From: Candidatus Poribacteria bacterium
Lineage (GTDB): Bacteria; Poribacteria; WGA-4E; JAJDTR01
Assembly: GCA_965222225.1 (NCBI GenBank)
Contig: CBDCTK010000002.1
Span: 5,152,001 to 5,216,000, forward strand
Direction: 5' to 3'
Length of the DNA stretch: 64,000 bases
The position numbers were made by a program, and so were the translations under genes. The notes beneath the pieces are model-generated. The model was not told the origin of the DNA, did no database searches, and worked only from the letters and a program-made list of their open reading frames with translations. Shown here piece by piece: positions 32,972 through 43,508 of the stretch (position 1 is the stretch's first letter; each line of letters opens with the position of its first letter).

Positions 32972-33814
32972 ATGGCGGGAAAGACAATTATCACCGCGGC
33001 AGTGGTAGGATCCAGTCCTGCGAAAGAGATGAATCCTGCTGTGCCGTACACACCGAAGGAGATTGCGGAGGCTGCCATCGTGTCTTGCCGGGCGGGAGCC
33101 GCCATTGCCCACATCCATGTGCGCGACCCGGAAACCGGAAAACCCGATTCATCGATTGAGTTATTTCGAGAAGTTGTTGATCGAATCCGTCAATCCTGCG
33201 ACATTGTGATTAATCTGACAACTAGCGGCTATAATATCACCGGTGACGACGTCATTGAAAAGCGCCTGGAACCTGTCACATTGGGGCCGGAAATCTGTTC
33301 ACTGGACATCGGTTCGGTGAATTTCGCGAATGCCGCGTTTGTCAATTCCCCGGAGTGGGGCAGGACTGCGGCGGCTCGGATGCGCGACCACGGGGTAAAA
33401 CCGGAGATTGAAGCCTTCGACGCGGGTCACATGCGTCAAGCTGTCAATTGGGTTGCGGAGGGACTGTTTGACGACCCGCCATATTTCCAACTGTGCATGG
33501 GGGTCGGTTGGGGAATTCAGGCCTCGCCGGAGAACCTTCTGCTTATGCAGAGGCTTGTGCCGCCCTCCTGTCCGTGGTCCGTTTTGGGCGTTGGAAGACA
33601 TCAATTGCCCATGATTACAATGGGCGTGATTTTGGACGGCCACATACGGGTCGGTTTTGAGGACAATATCTATGTCAGCAAAGGGGTGTTAGCTAAGAGC
33701 AATGCTCAGATGGTGGATATGGCTGCAAACGTGGTAGAGACCCTCCAACACCAAGTAGCCACGCCCGATGATGCGCGTCGAATACTGGGTACTTCTAGTC
33801 GTAGCACGAGCTGA
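32972..33814 (+). CDS. beta-keto acid cleavage enzyme (3-keto-5-aminohexanoate cleavage, DUF849)
   Basis: 'NPAVPYTPKEIA', 'AHIHVRD', 'SLDIGSVNF', 'KPEIEAFD', 'HIRVGFEDN'. Confidence 0.92.
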   Translation: MAGKTIITAAVVGSSPAKEMNPAVPYTPKEIAEAAIVSCRAGAAIAHIHVRDPETGKPDSSIELFREVVDRIRQSCDIVINLTTSGYNITGDDVIEKRLEPVTLGPEICSLDIGSVNFANAAFVNSPEWGRTAAARMRDHGVKPEIEAFDAGHMRQAVNWVAEGLFDDPPYFQLCMGVGWGIQASPENLLLMQRLVPPSCPWSVLGVGRHQLPMITMGVILDGHIRVGFEDNIYVSKGVLAKSNAQMVDMAANVVETLQHQVATPDDARRILGTSSRSTS

Positions 33815-34109
33815 CAACTTCGTTTCGACCTGCTGTCCTACCAAAGGGCGACTAACCGGAAATATACGGATAGCTTCAATCCTCATCTGTACGTTAATTA
33901 AATAGCACGTGTTCTAATCGTCGAGGGAATTTTCGGCTGCCTGTGAGTTCGATGTACAGATTCTGCGGTAGCATTGTCCTCTCTACGGAGGCGCACCGGG
34001 GGAAAAGACAACCCGGGTTTGCGGGTGCTTTTCCCCCTCACCTCGTTTCCTCTTGGGACATTTTGTGCCCTATATCCAACTGGAAGTCACTCGTACCGTA
34101 AGAATGCTA

Positions 34110-34150
34110 TAAAAAAGCACCCAACCAAGACATTGATGGGTGCTTTTTTA
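34110..34150. terminator. bidirectional intrinsic terminator
   Basis: TAAAAAAGCACCCA...TGGGTGCTTTTTTA, downstream of the RRM gene. Confidence 0.8.
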
Positions 34151-34186
34151 GGGTGGTTGGTAAGTAATGCGTTAGGTTTTTACCAT

Positions 34187-34513
34187 CTACCATCTATTAC
34201 CGCCACCACCACCACCGCTACCGCCACCGCGTCCCCGTCCACCGCCGCGTCCCCGTTCACCGCCGCGGTCTTCCCGAGGGCGTGCTTCGTTGACCTTGAT
34301 TGCACGTCCCTGTAACTCGCTACCATTAAGTTCCTGAACTGCTCGCTCGCCATCGGCTTTCTCTCGCATTTCGACGAACCCAAACCCTTTTGATTGACCA
34401 CTGTACTTGTCCATGATAATGTTGACAGCGTCAACTTCTCCGAAAGCCGCAAATAGCCCCCGCAATTCATCATCTGTGGCATCGAACGATAAATTGCCTA
34501 CGTAGATGTTCAT
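34187..34513 (-). CDS. RRM RNA-binding protein with Gly/Arg-rich tail
   Basis: RNP2 'IYVGNL', RNP1 'KGFGFVEM', 'VNEARPR'; GGAGA RBS before the ATG at 34513. Confidence 0.93.
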   Translation of the reverse strand: MNIYVGNLSFDATDDELRGLFAAFGEVDAVNIIMDKYSGQSKGFGFVEMREKADGERAVQELNGSELQGRAIKVNEARPREDRGGERGRGGGRGRGGGSGGGGGGNRW

Positions 34514-34820
34514 ATTTGTCTCCCAAATCGGTAAAGGCAAAAGAAAAATGTCATCAGACAACAGTTTTGTCTGTGCCATCTTTAATGTTTTTAAGAGTGG
34601 ATTGAAATGTGCCTGTTATCGCGGTGTTTTGGCAGGAAACATAGAATGGTAGGAATAAAAAACTGATTCTTATTCATCAAGGCTAGCTGTCAAAATACTG
34701 CTCTTTTTCTTGAAGGGCGAAAATTTCGCGCTTCAATTTCGGACACAACCGGTATTATAACACAGATTCGTAATTTGCGCAACATTCCATACTATTTCTG
34801 ATGTCAACCCGTGGGCCACT

Positions 34821-35402
34821 CTATAACCGTCTATTAACCCTATGTCGATCGGCAGAATTTGCTCCTGATGGGGGCATAGACCGCTGATTAACGGACAAAT
34901 AGCGTTTCGGCGGCGCGGTAGAGATAATATCAATCCAAACGAGTGTGGCGTCCTCCGTGTGTGATTGTACGACGAATTTGGCGTTGTCCGAAGATAAATG
35001 TGAGCCACGCGGATAATAAATCGTGGCAAACGTGCCGAGTATCAGGAGCACAGCGAACGTAGCAGCAAACGTAAAGGACGGTGCACGCTTGAGCACGCTG
35101 TTGTGAGGCCAAGCCATGGCGGATTCCAGTCTCTGCCAGATTCGGTGTCTTAAAGATGTTCGCAATTTCTCGCTTGCGGAGACCTCCGACGCCCGGTACA
35201 TTACGTCTGAGACGAAATCGTCTGAGGTTTTGACGAGGTCGAGGCGATGAAGGATTTCGTCAGTCTGTCGAATTCGCACAGCCTCGTGCGCGCACGTTGA
35301 GCACTGTCCAAGATGCCACTTAATCAACTGAATCTTCCACAGTGGCATCTCGCGGTCAAGATACGCGGAGATTTCGGACTGTATACCTTCACACTTTAGC
35401 AT
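34821..35402 (-). CDS. zf-HC2 anti-sigma factor
   Basis: 'CEGIQSEISAYLD...HLGQCSTC' and one TM segment; overlaps the end of the sigma gene. Confidence 0.82.
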   Translation of the reverse strand: MLKCEGIQSEISAYLDREMPLWKIQLIKWHLGQCSTCAHEAVRIRQTDEILHRLDLVKTSDDFVSDVMYRASEVSASEKLRTSLRHRIWQRLESAMAWPHNSVLKRAPSFTFAATFAVLLILGTFATIYYPRGSHLSSDNAKFVVQSHTEDATLVWIDIISTAPPKRYLSVNQRSMPPSGANSADRHRVNRRL

Positions 35403-35988
35403 TAGAACTCTCTCCAATTCCAACCTCAAGCAGAAGCGTTTTCATATTTTGGCGCGCCCGGTGAATCAATGATTTCACCGCGCTCACGGAGCAATTCATG
35501 ATTTCGGCAATTTCGTCGTATCTTAAATCTTGATAGGTTACCAAGTTTAACGCTATACGCTGATTATCCGGGAGCAGATTCAGCGTTTGCTGGATCATCA
35601 ACTGCTGCTCCTTCTTTTCATAAAGCTCATCGGGCAAATAACTTACGTCCCGCATGACATACGAATAATTAATGTCTTCGCCCTCCGAAACAAGATCGTC
35701 GAGAAAAACCGTGTTGCGTCGGTGCCGATTTCGCACCTCGTTCCGGCAAAGGTTCGTCGCAATCAGATAAATCCAGTTCTTGAATTGACACTTGGGCTCG
35801 TAACTGCTCGCGCTACTCAGAACCCTGATAAACGTCTCCTGTGCCAGATCTTCGGCGCGCTGGTAGTCGTAGATACACCGATGGATATAATTGATTATTA
35901 AGTCCTTGTAGCGTATGACCAGAAGTTCGAACGCACTCATATCGCCGTTTCGACATCTCGCCATCAACTCTTCGTCCGAAGTTCGCAA
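35389..35988 (-). CDS. ECF RNA polymerase sigma-70 factor
   Basis: 'AEDLAQETFIRV...WIYLIATNLCRN', 'YDEIAEIMNCSVSAVKSLIHRAR'; GGAGG RBS. Confidence 0.93.
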   Translation of the reverse strand: MRTSDEELMARCRNGDMSAFELLVIRYKDLIINYIHRCIYDYQRAEDLAQETFIRVLSSASSYEPKCQFKNWIYLIATNLCRNEVRNRHRRNTVFLDDLVSEGEDINYSYVMRDVSYLPDELYEKKEQQLMIQQTLNLLPDNQRIALNLVTYQDLRYDEIAEIMNCSVSAVKSLIHRARQNMKTLLLEVGIGESSNAKV

Positions 35989-36181
35989 CGCGCACCTCCA
36001 TTTCTCAACAAGAGGGCAGCGGGTCTCACTCTAGATGCACCGTGTTCTTCTAAAACACCAGTAAGCCCCTCTGAGTTTCGCACCAAAGTGTCAGAAATTC
36101 ACAAAAACCGCTCTTGGGCAGGCGTCAAAAGTATACTTCATATTTTGAAGATGGTGTAGAGAAAAGATCTGGGTCGCTCCC

Positions 36182-36548
36182 GTGCGATAGAAATCTAAGC
36201 AGCCTTATGTCCGTGCGAAACGCTGTAGGAGCGATTTCCGAATCGATCAAACGAATGGACAGCGATCGACCGAACGATTAGTGAGGGCGATAGCAAATCC
36301 CGTGCGGTAGAAATCCTTAGAAGTCAGGAATCGGAATTCCCTCCTACCCAAATCACACGCTCTATAATCGATATTGCCACCTAATGTAATTTGAAATCAA
36401 GATCGACTTTGTAGGGTGGGCATTGTCCACAAGCCTTTGAAAGCGCCAGTGGCAATCAAGTGAGTGCACAACGATCAACTGAACGAATAGTGAAGGCGAT
36501 AGTAAATCCCGCGCGATAGAAATCCCATAGAACACCGTGAAACCCAAC
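36182..36548 (+). repeat. two nested 37-bp-unit clusters interleaved with REPs
   Basis: Left 36245 + full 36264-36301 + right; left 36454 + full 36473-36510 + right; GTAG REPs at 36225 and 36411; REP right arm at 36531-36548. Confidence 0.85.
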
Positions 36549-36630
36549 TCTCTAACTACTCGCAAGCCAACCCACCTCTACACTAAAGTTGAAGTTCAGA
36601 CCAACTTAAGGTATACTGAAAGCAACCGAT

Positions 36631-37614
36631 GTGCTCATTCTAAATAATCTCCCTAGAACGAATGCGGGGCGTTGCCTTTTGATTAAATCGTCTTTCCTCT
36701 GCCTCTTCGCTCTATTTCTGATTGCATCGTCCGGGACACGCGCCGACGCACGCGAATCATGGGATTTGGTAGAGAGCGAAAATTTTCTGGTCTACTACCA
36801 CGGCAATGTCAAATCGGCGCAGAAAATCGTTGATATTGCGGAAGATTTCTACCCCAAAATGCGCCGCTTAATGGGCGATGTCCGCCTAGGTAAGATCGAG
36901 ATTTGGGTTTGTGAGGCGCAGTCAGAGTTTCAGGCAGCCGTTCATGCTCCCATTCAAGACTGGGCGATCGGCTGCGCATTTCCGCTCAGTCGGCGCATAA
37001 TCATCCAAAACCCGCGTGTCATCATTCAGCGTGATTTTCAGTTATCCCAAGTCATCCGCCACGAAATCGTCCACATTATCTTCGGGCAGCGTACCCAAAA
37101 AGCAATCGGCAAGATTCCGCGATGGTTCGTGGAAGGCATAGCCATTTATTTCTCGGGCGAGTGGGCGCCTCGGCGCAACGATGCGCTGATGAAACATATC
37201 TTCTCAAAGTCGGTGATTCCGCTTGCCGAGCTCACGCACGGATTCCCGAAATCTGGAAACCTCGCGCAACTGGCGTACGCGGAAAGCCAAAACGCCGTTG
37301 CGTGGCTGGCGGAAACCGAGGGTGTTGAAAAACTATGGGAGATTATCGACCGGCTTGCAAGCGGCAGCGATCTGGATACCGCCTTCCAAGATTCAATCGG
37401 ATTACAACTTAGCACCTTTGACGCGAAATGGCGCAAGTCACTATCCCGGCGCTACCATTGGGCGGCAATGCTCTCAAGTTCCTATCTCTTTTGGGGAAGC
37501 CTGGCGCTTTTCTTCATGCTAGTCTACCTTCGGTACTGGCGTTACAAACGAAGGCGGCTTCGTCAACTAGAACGCGAGTCGGAAGAGGAGGATGCCTTTT
37601 TCATTGAGCGATGA
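36631..37614 (+). CDS. peptidase MA-like zinc metallopeptidase with C-terminal TM anchor
   Basis: 'IRHEIVH' (HExxH), 'PRWFVEGIA', 'LAYAES'. Confidence 0.8.
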   Translation: MLILNNLPRTNAGRCLLIKSSFLCLFALFLIASSGTRADARESWDLVESENFLVYYHGNVKSAQKIVDIAEDFYPKMRRLMGDVRLGKIEIWVCEAQSEFQAAVHAPIQDWAIGCAFPLSRRIIIQNPRVIIQRDFQLSQVIRHEIVHIIFGQRTQKAIGKIPRWFVEGIAIYFSGEWAPRRNDALMKHIFSKSVIPLAELTHGFPKSGNLAQLAYAESQNAVAWLAETEGVEKLWEIIDRLASGSDLDTAFQDSIGLQLSTFDAKWRKSLSRRYHWAAMLSSSYLFWGSLALFFMLVYLRYWRYKRRRLRQLERESEEEDAFFIER

Positions 37615-37650
37615 TATAAATTTTCTTGTAACTCGGAGAACCCAAAAGTT

Positions 37651-38142
37651 ATGCGCGATAATCTTTTTGTGCCAAACAAAATGGCTTATGTCAAAGGGAA
37701 AGCAAAACCTGATGTCGAGTGCATCCTGTGTGCCATTGTCGAAGGAGACGAACGGGTAGAGCGTTTGGACATTTACCGAGGCGAATTATTTACGATTTCG
37801 CTGAATCTCTACCCGTATAGCCCGGGACATCTAATGATTTTTCCCAATCGCCATATTGTTGACGTTCGAGAATTCACTCGTGAGGAGGTTGTCGAACTGC
37901 ATCGCCTTCAATGTCGCTCCCTTGAAGTATTGGATCGCGTATACCAACCCTACGGATACAACCTCGGTTTCAATGTCGGACAAGCGTCAGGCGCAAGCAT
38001 TCCGCATGTACATGCCCACGTTGTCCCGCGCTACCCCCGCGAGCTGGGATTCATTGACGTTATCAATGGCGCCAGAATTATAGTCGAAGATCCAAACGTG
38101 ACACAAGACAAACTCCGCCAAGCGTTTAACGCAGACGATTAG
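37651..38142 (+). CDS. HIT family hydrolase
   Basis: 'CILC', 'LNLYPYSPGHLMI', 'HVHAHVVPR'. Confidence 0.92.
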   Translation: MRDNLFVPNKMAYVKGKAKPDVECILCAIVEGDERVERLDIYRGELFTISLNLYPYSPGHLMIFPNRHIVDVREFTREEVVELHRLQCRSLEVLDRVYQPYGYNLGFNVGQASGASIPHVHAHVVPRYPRELGFIDVINGARIIVEDPNVTQDKLRQAFNADD

Positions 38143-38179
38143 TGTCTGATGCTGCGTTCAACCATCCGCTCATTTGATA

Positions 38180-41100
38180 CTATTTTACTATCACCGCCCT
38201 GCGCGACGCCGAAAACCTTCCCGCAACAAACCGCAAGAAGTACACACCGCTGGAGACCTGCTCTCCGTTCTGGTTCTGACCATCCCAATATGCGGCTTCC
38301 GAACGTGTCAGGTAGTACCCGGCGGGTTTAAAGCCGAGCGGGATTTGCCGGACGAGGCGCCCTCCGGTGCCATGGATAAATAGTGTCACATCTGCTCCCT
38401 AGGCTAACTGATACGGTATCCATGTCTCCAGGTTAAACGGGTTGGGGAAATTCGGGAGTAACTTCGTTTCTGCCACGGTCTGCGTCAGGTGCGTTAGCCA
38501 AAGGCGTAGAAGCCGAATCGCCGCCTCAACACCGCCTGATATTTCGGATATTTCTTCCAATGCGTTCAAGGCTTGGTTAATAGCAATGGCCTCTTCGGGC
38601 GTGGCAACTTTCGATTCGGAGATATCAGACGCGGTGGGCGCTGCGGCGGCGTTTTCACCAAGCGCCCCTGCCACCAGCACCAGGTCTAGCACGTTAACCT
38701 GTCCATCCTTGTTCACATCCGTCCGCGCGTTACGTGGCGGCTTTTGTCCAAACTCCTGTGCAACAAGCACAAGATCCAGAATATTGACCATTCCGTCCCG
38801 GTTGACATCTTCGCTAGACTGACTTTCAACCCCTTCTGCGGTGATAAACAAATCCGCCCAATTCGCTTTGTCAGAACTTGCGCTTCCAGCCGGATTTGTC
38901 ACCAATTCCAGCAATACGATTTCACCCGCAAACTCGGCAAGAGAAATCTGGGCATCCACCCAGCCTGATGTGTCTATGAATCGTTCAAATTGAGATTGTC
39001 CGTTTAGTAATACTTGGAAAAGAACTCCATCACTTTGACTACCCCCTTCCCCCAGGCCCATTGAAAAAGCGAATGTCACATCTCGGGCTTGGGGCAGAGC
39101 GAGCAAAAACTGAAGAATTGTCTCCCCATCACGAGGTGGATGGGCGAAAATGGTTTCCTTACGCACGCCGCCGGACGTAGCCGCCGTTCGTGCGCCCGAA
39201 TTCCAAGCGCTGCCCAGCCGAAAAATACCTTCAAACTCAAGCCCGGCAACAAACTCGGCCTCTCTAAGATTGTACGGTGGCACCACTTGTTGAACAGGTT
39301 CAAAGAACAGGAGGATTTTCGCTGGCAGTGCGGTTTCGAGATAATACTGTCCCTGTCCGACAGACCGAATTTTCGCGGGCAAACGCTTTATAGGCTTATA
39401 AGGCAGGAAGAACCCTACGTTTATGTGTGTTATGTGTGTATCGACTGGATCGGCGACGATTTTGGGTTTCCCCCAAACCGCCCAATCCCAGCCCGTATTT
39501 CCGGCAGGCCCTGGATTCGTGGTAAAACGTAGGATGACGTTCTCGCCGCTGTAGGGAGTTAAGTTCAGGAGAATGTGCTTCCACCGCTGTTCGTGGTGGT
39601 GTTGACGAAAGATCTCTTCGCCTTGCACGGAAACGATGAACGTCACGCCATCGGAGTTTTCGGAACCGTCCCGCAATCCGATATTGAATTCTAGATTGAT
39701 TCTGGGGCTTTCCGGAAGCGCAAGCGTAAATTCACCGAACGTGTCGCCGCTAGCCCCTTGGTGAGGGGGATGCGCGTAAATCGCCGCCTTTCGAGTGCCA
39801 GCAACAGTGGCTTCGACTCGCCTAAAGGTAGCTCCTCTTTGCCCAGTTAATTCTTGCCCGTCAAGGATGATTCCTGTCCTCACAAGATGAAACCTAGACA
39901 TTAGATCAATGTCGTCCGAGCCGCGAACGCGTTCCAACCGGAACACGGCGGCATTCGTCGTCACGCGCGTCTCTGTCACGGAGACCCCTTCCGGCAAGGC
40001 ATTAATATGCACTTGTGAAAAATCGCGTGGCAAATCACTCAAGAGATAATTTTGATTCGGATTCAACCCGAGTATCGTGGTTTGGTTGTATGCGCGCCAT
40101 TGCGGTAGGGTTCGCTCAGTTATCGCTTGCGTTACGCCAGAAAACACTCTCTCGTACCCTGCGCTACCCCGAGGTAAAACAAGCACAGAACCAGTGTCTG
40201 TCGTTTGCTGCCTTGCAATTTCACCGTCTTGACCGACATACTGGAATAGGGTTCCCGATTCCCAAGCCCCTTCAAAGTCGGGTTTCAAACTAAGTTGTTG
40301 CCATTTTCGGGCGACCGAGAGCAGTGTTTGTGTCCCAGTATATGAGGGATTCAACAGTTCCAACCTGAGGCGAAGTGTCGGCAAGACTCCCCAACTCTCA
40401 TAGGAGTCGAGGTGCTCTTGATAAAGTTGCGGATTTCTATCTAGTTCCGGCAATGACAAATGGCCGTAGGGTAATGTATAAGGAGAGAAGAGAAACGCGC
40501 TAATCGGATGTGCTTTTGCCTCCGGCGAGAGTCTCGGGCGTTGTGAAAAACTCTCCCGAAAGAAGGTGACTTCGTGAAGTCTTTCGCCGCTGAAAACAAC
40601 CCGCGGCATCGCTTCCGCCAATTCCTTATGGAGCAGTGCGTTGCCTTGGGAAGCATTTAAGCCTTCAATCAGTCCATTGGCATCATTTATCACAACGTGA
40701 CTGATATCCAAATGGAATGCATCCACTCCGTATTTTTTCCACACATCGTTCAGTTGTTTAACGAATAGTTTTCTAAATGAAGAATCAGCGAGATTAATGA
40801 AAGCATGGCGTCCAGGGTTGTCTGTTTCACCCCACCGCCAACCAATCGGATTCCCATTCCAGGGATCCCGAAATTGAGAGTTCTGAAATTTTGCGTATAG
40901 GGGATGGTAAGGCGAGACTCCTACGAGATTTGTATGAGGCATTACGCGGAATCCGTGTTGATGTGCGGCTTCAACAAAACGCCCAAAACCGTCTCGTGCC
41001 GCGTAATCGGGATAATTTACATCGTAAGCATATTTGCGCCACCCAACCAGATACAGTAAGGTTTTTGCCGGATTGATTAGTTCTGCCAGCCGATCCAAAA

Positions 41101-41994
41101 ACCGGGTGTCCAAATCGGCGTAGATGATAACCAAGCCAATGTCGTCAACCCATGCTGGCATTTCTGACAGTCGCCAAGGGTTGAAAGTTTGTTCAATCCA
41201 GTTCCGATACTGCTCGGCAGGCACACGCCAGTCGCCGGTGTATGTATTCAATCGCCACGTCACAGATTTAGCGGAAGTTAACGCATCGAAAGGGGCTTGG
41301 TTGTGCGTTTGAAAACCCAGCGCGAAACTGTCCAAATCCCGTTCGTAGCGGAGTTCCTTAAACTGAAATGTCGGGTCTGTACCGCGAACGAAAAAACCGC
41401 CATGCTTTCCCTGAATAATTGCAAGTTGCGTTTCCCAAGCGCCCGGATAGCCAAAACTTCTTGAAGCATTTGGATATGCCGCGTCAATAATCTGCCCGCC
41501 TTCCGCGGGAAGAATGAGCTCCAGATTTCTGATATCCAGATTCCCGCAGCCCCACTGGATTCCATAAACCCCCGGTGCATCAGAAACTCCGTCCTGTCCA
41601 ATGAGCAAGTCGTTTGTAGACTCGTCAACGGCTATAGACAGCCTGAATTCGTTCTGTCCCTCCCGAAATACAATCTCGGCTTCAAGCGGGGCTATTTTTC
41701 TTGCTTCGGTTAACGTAGCCTCCGATATCCAGATAGGGAGTTATGCTTCCTCAATATCCCGCTCTGCCCACCAAGACCCCTAGAAAGACCGGCGGCATCA
41801 GGCGGTAAGGTATACACTTCGTCTGTTATCTTGTTGGCAATCTGATTGATAACGCCGTTCTCAAACCGAACCTCGTAAGTGTCCGTTTCGACAATGACAG
41901 TGTTATCATGGACGGTAATTTTGGCGGCTTGCACCGCCTCGGTATGAAGCATAAACAGGACGCTGCAAAGGCTTGCTATGACCAAATTACGCAA
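38180..41994 (-). pseudogene. large secreted protein (GH-like barrel, two carbohydrate-binding-like modules, dockerin-like repeat, FlgD-Ig tail) with one frameshift and one in-frame TAG
   Basis: GGAGG + TTG at 41994 and a signal peptide; a missing C near 41737 restores NSPIWISEATL; 'DVNRDGMVNILDLVLVA'-type repeat twice; 'PNFPNPFN.ETWIPYQLA*GADVTL...YWDGQN..GE.VSSGVYF' continues in frame past the TAG at 38399-38401. Confidence 0.75.
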
Positions 41995-42086
41995 TTGAGT
42001 TCCCTCCATAGAAACGTAAGACATAAAACAAAACCGGGAAAACGTTGGCGTTTTCTTGCATGTAGCCCCAGTTTGATGATCCATTT

Positions 42087-42150
42087 GTAGGGTGCGCACT
42101 GCGCACCAGCCTTTGGAAGCACCAGCGGCGCGACAGGTAAACGTGTGTAG
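42087..42150 (+). repeat. GTAG REP-like hairpins
   Basis: GTAGGGTGCGCACTGCGCACCAGCCTTT, also at 36411, 54022 and 58769; followed by a GCACCAGCGGCGCGACAGG-type hairpin. Confidence 0.75.
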
Positions 42151-42283
42151 GAACTCAAATGCCGAAAATGACTTCCTTCCTATATTCGAACAGATTTTAA
42201 ACAGTTACGAATAAAAGTAGACTCATCAACCGCTCCGGAAGATTGAGCGTGGCATGGAATCCAATCTTCCATCCTTCTCAACC

Positions 42284-43183
42284 TTACCCATCGGGATCCG
42301 TAACAATCTGCGTCCCAATCCCCTCCGAAGTAAAAACCTCAAGCAAGAGCGCGTGGCTAATTCGTCCATCAATGATGTGCGCTTTGGAAACGCCGCCGAA
42401 GATGGCGATGGTGCACGCCTCAACCTTTGGAAGCATGCCGCTGCTAATCACCCGATCGGCGATCAAACCCTCAATCTCCTCTGTCTTCACCGTGGGAATC
42501 AGTGTTGAATCGTCATCCAAGTCTCGCAAGATGCCCCGCTGATCCGTAAGTAAAATCAGTTTTTCTGCCTTGAGTGCGGCGGCGATTTCGCCTGCCATCG
42601 TATCCGCGTTTATATTATAGGTGCAACCATCTTCTCCAACCCCGTTCGGCGCAATAACAGGGATGTAGCCATCCCGATCGAGCGACACAATGACGCTGGG
42701 ATCGACATGCGCGATGTCGCCGACGAAGCCAAGATCAACGTCCGTCGCCTCACCGAGGTCGTCGACAACGTGCGCAAAATGCTTTCGTGCGCGAATAAGG
42801 TTGGCGTCTTTGCCGCAAAGCCCCACGGCGCGTCCCCCGTGCGCGTTGATAAGCGAGACGATTTCCTTGTTGATGGTTCCAGCCAACACCATCTCGGCGA
42901 CCTCAACCGTTTCCTGATCCGTGACGCGCAGCCCCTGCACAAATTCGGCGTCCTTGCCGATCCGCTGCATCCACTCACTAATCTTTGTTCCTCCGCCGTG
43001 CACAACAACAGGATGCATACCGGTATACTTCATCAAAACGATGTCCTGAATCACACTATCCTTTAGGGCGTCGTTTTCCATGGCGGCTCCGCCGTACTTA
43101 ACCACGATGGTTTTTCCGAAGAATTGACGGATATATGGAAGCGCTTCAATTAAGATATCTGCTTTCTTTACCAATTCATCCAT
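42284..43183 (-). CDS. argB: acetylglutamate kinase
   Basis: 'EALPYI', 'VVKYGGAAM', 'VVHGGG', 'GLRVTD', 'NINADT', 'GMLPKV', 'GIGT'. Confidence 0.97.
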   Translation of the reverse strand: MDELVKKADILIEALPYIRQFFGKTIVVKYGGAAMENDALKDSVIQDIVLMKYTGMHPVVVHGGGTKISEWMQRIGKDAEFVQGLRVTDQETVEVAEMVLAGTINKEIVSLINAHGGRAVGLCGKDANLIRARKHFAHVVDDLGEATDVDLGFVGDIAHVDPSVIVSLDRDGYIPVIAPNGVGEDGCTYNINADTMAGEIAAALKAEKLILLTDQRGILRDLDDDSTLIPTVKTEEIEGLIADRVISSGMLPKVEACTIAIFGGVSKAHIIDGRISHALLLEVFTSEGIGTQIVTDPDG

Positions 43184-43249
43184 TTGCTATCTCCGTTGGA
43201 TAAACTCGGAATTTAGTCCTCACATCCTGTTTGAAAACCCATGTGGTGC

Positions 43250-43351
43250 GTAGGTTGGGTTGAGCGGAAATCCCTGAGAAATCACACATAGAAAGAGAAC
43301 TTTCGAGGTTTCATTTCGCCCTAAAGGGCCGAAATTCGAGTGAAACCCAAC
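43250..43351 (+). repeat. ~100-bp GTAG REP-like element
   Basis: GTAGGTTGGGTTGAnCGGAAATCC...GTGAAACCCAAC; homologous copies at 45064-45166 and 57633-57732, short forms at 46840 and 55440. Confidence 0.8.
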
Positions 43352-43508
43352 TCTTCATCGCGCACATTGCTCCTGTAAGATCGCTCTTCGATCAGGAAAA
43401 GGCTTTGTCAAACGTGGCGATAGTGCCTGCATCGGGAGTAAATGACAATTGTAAGGCGAGAAGAACCTGTGTCCAAAAAATCGACTCGTCGGCTTGGTAT
43501 AATCCTCC

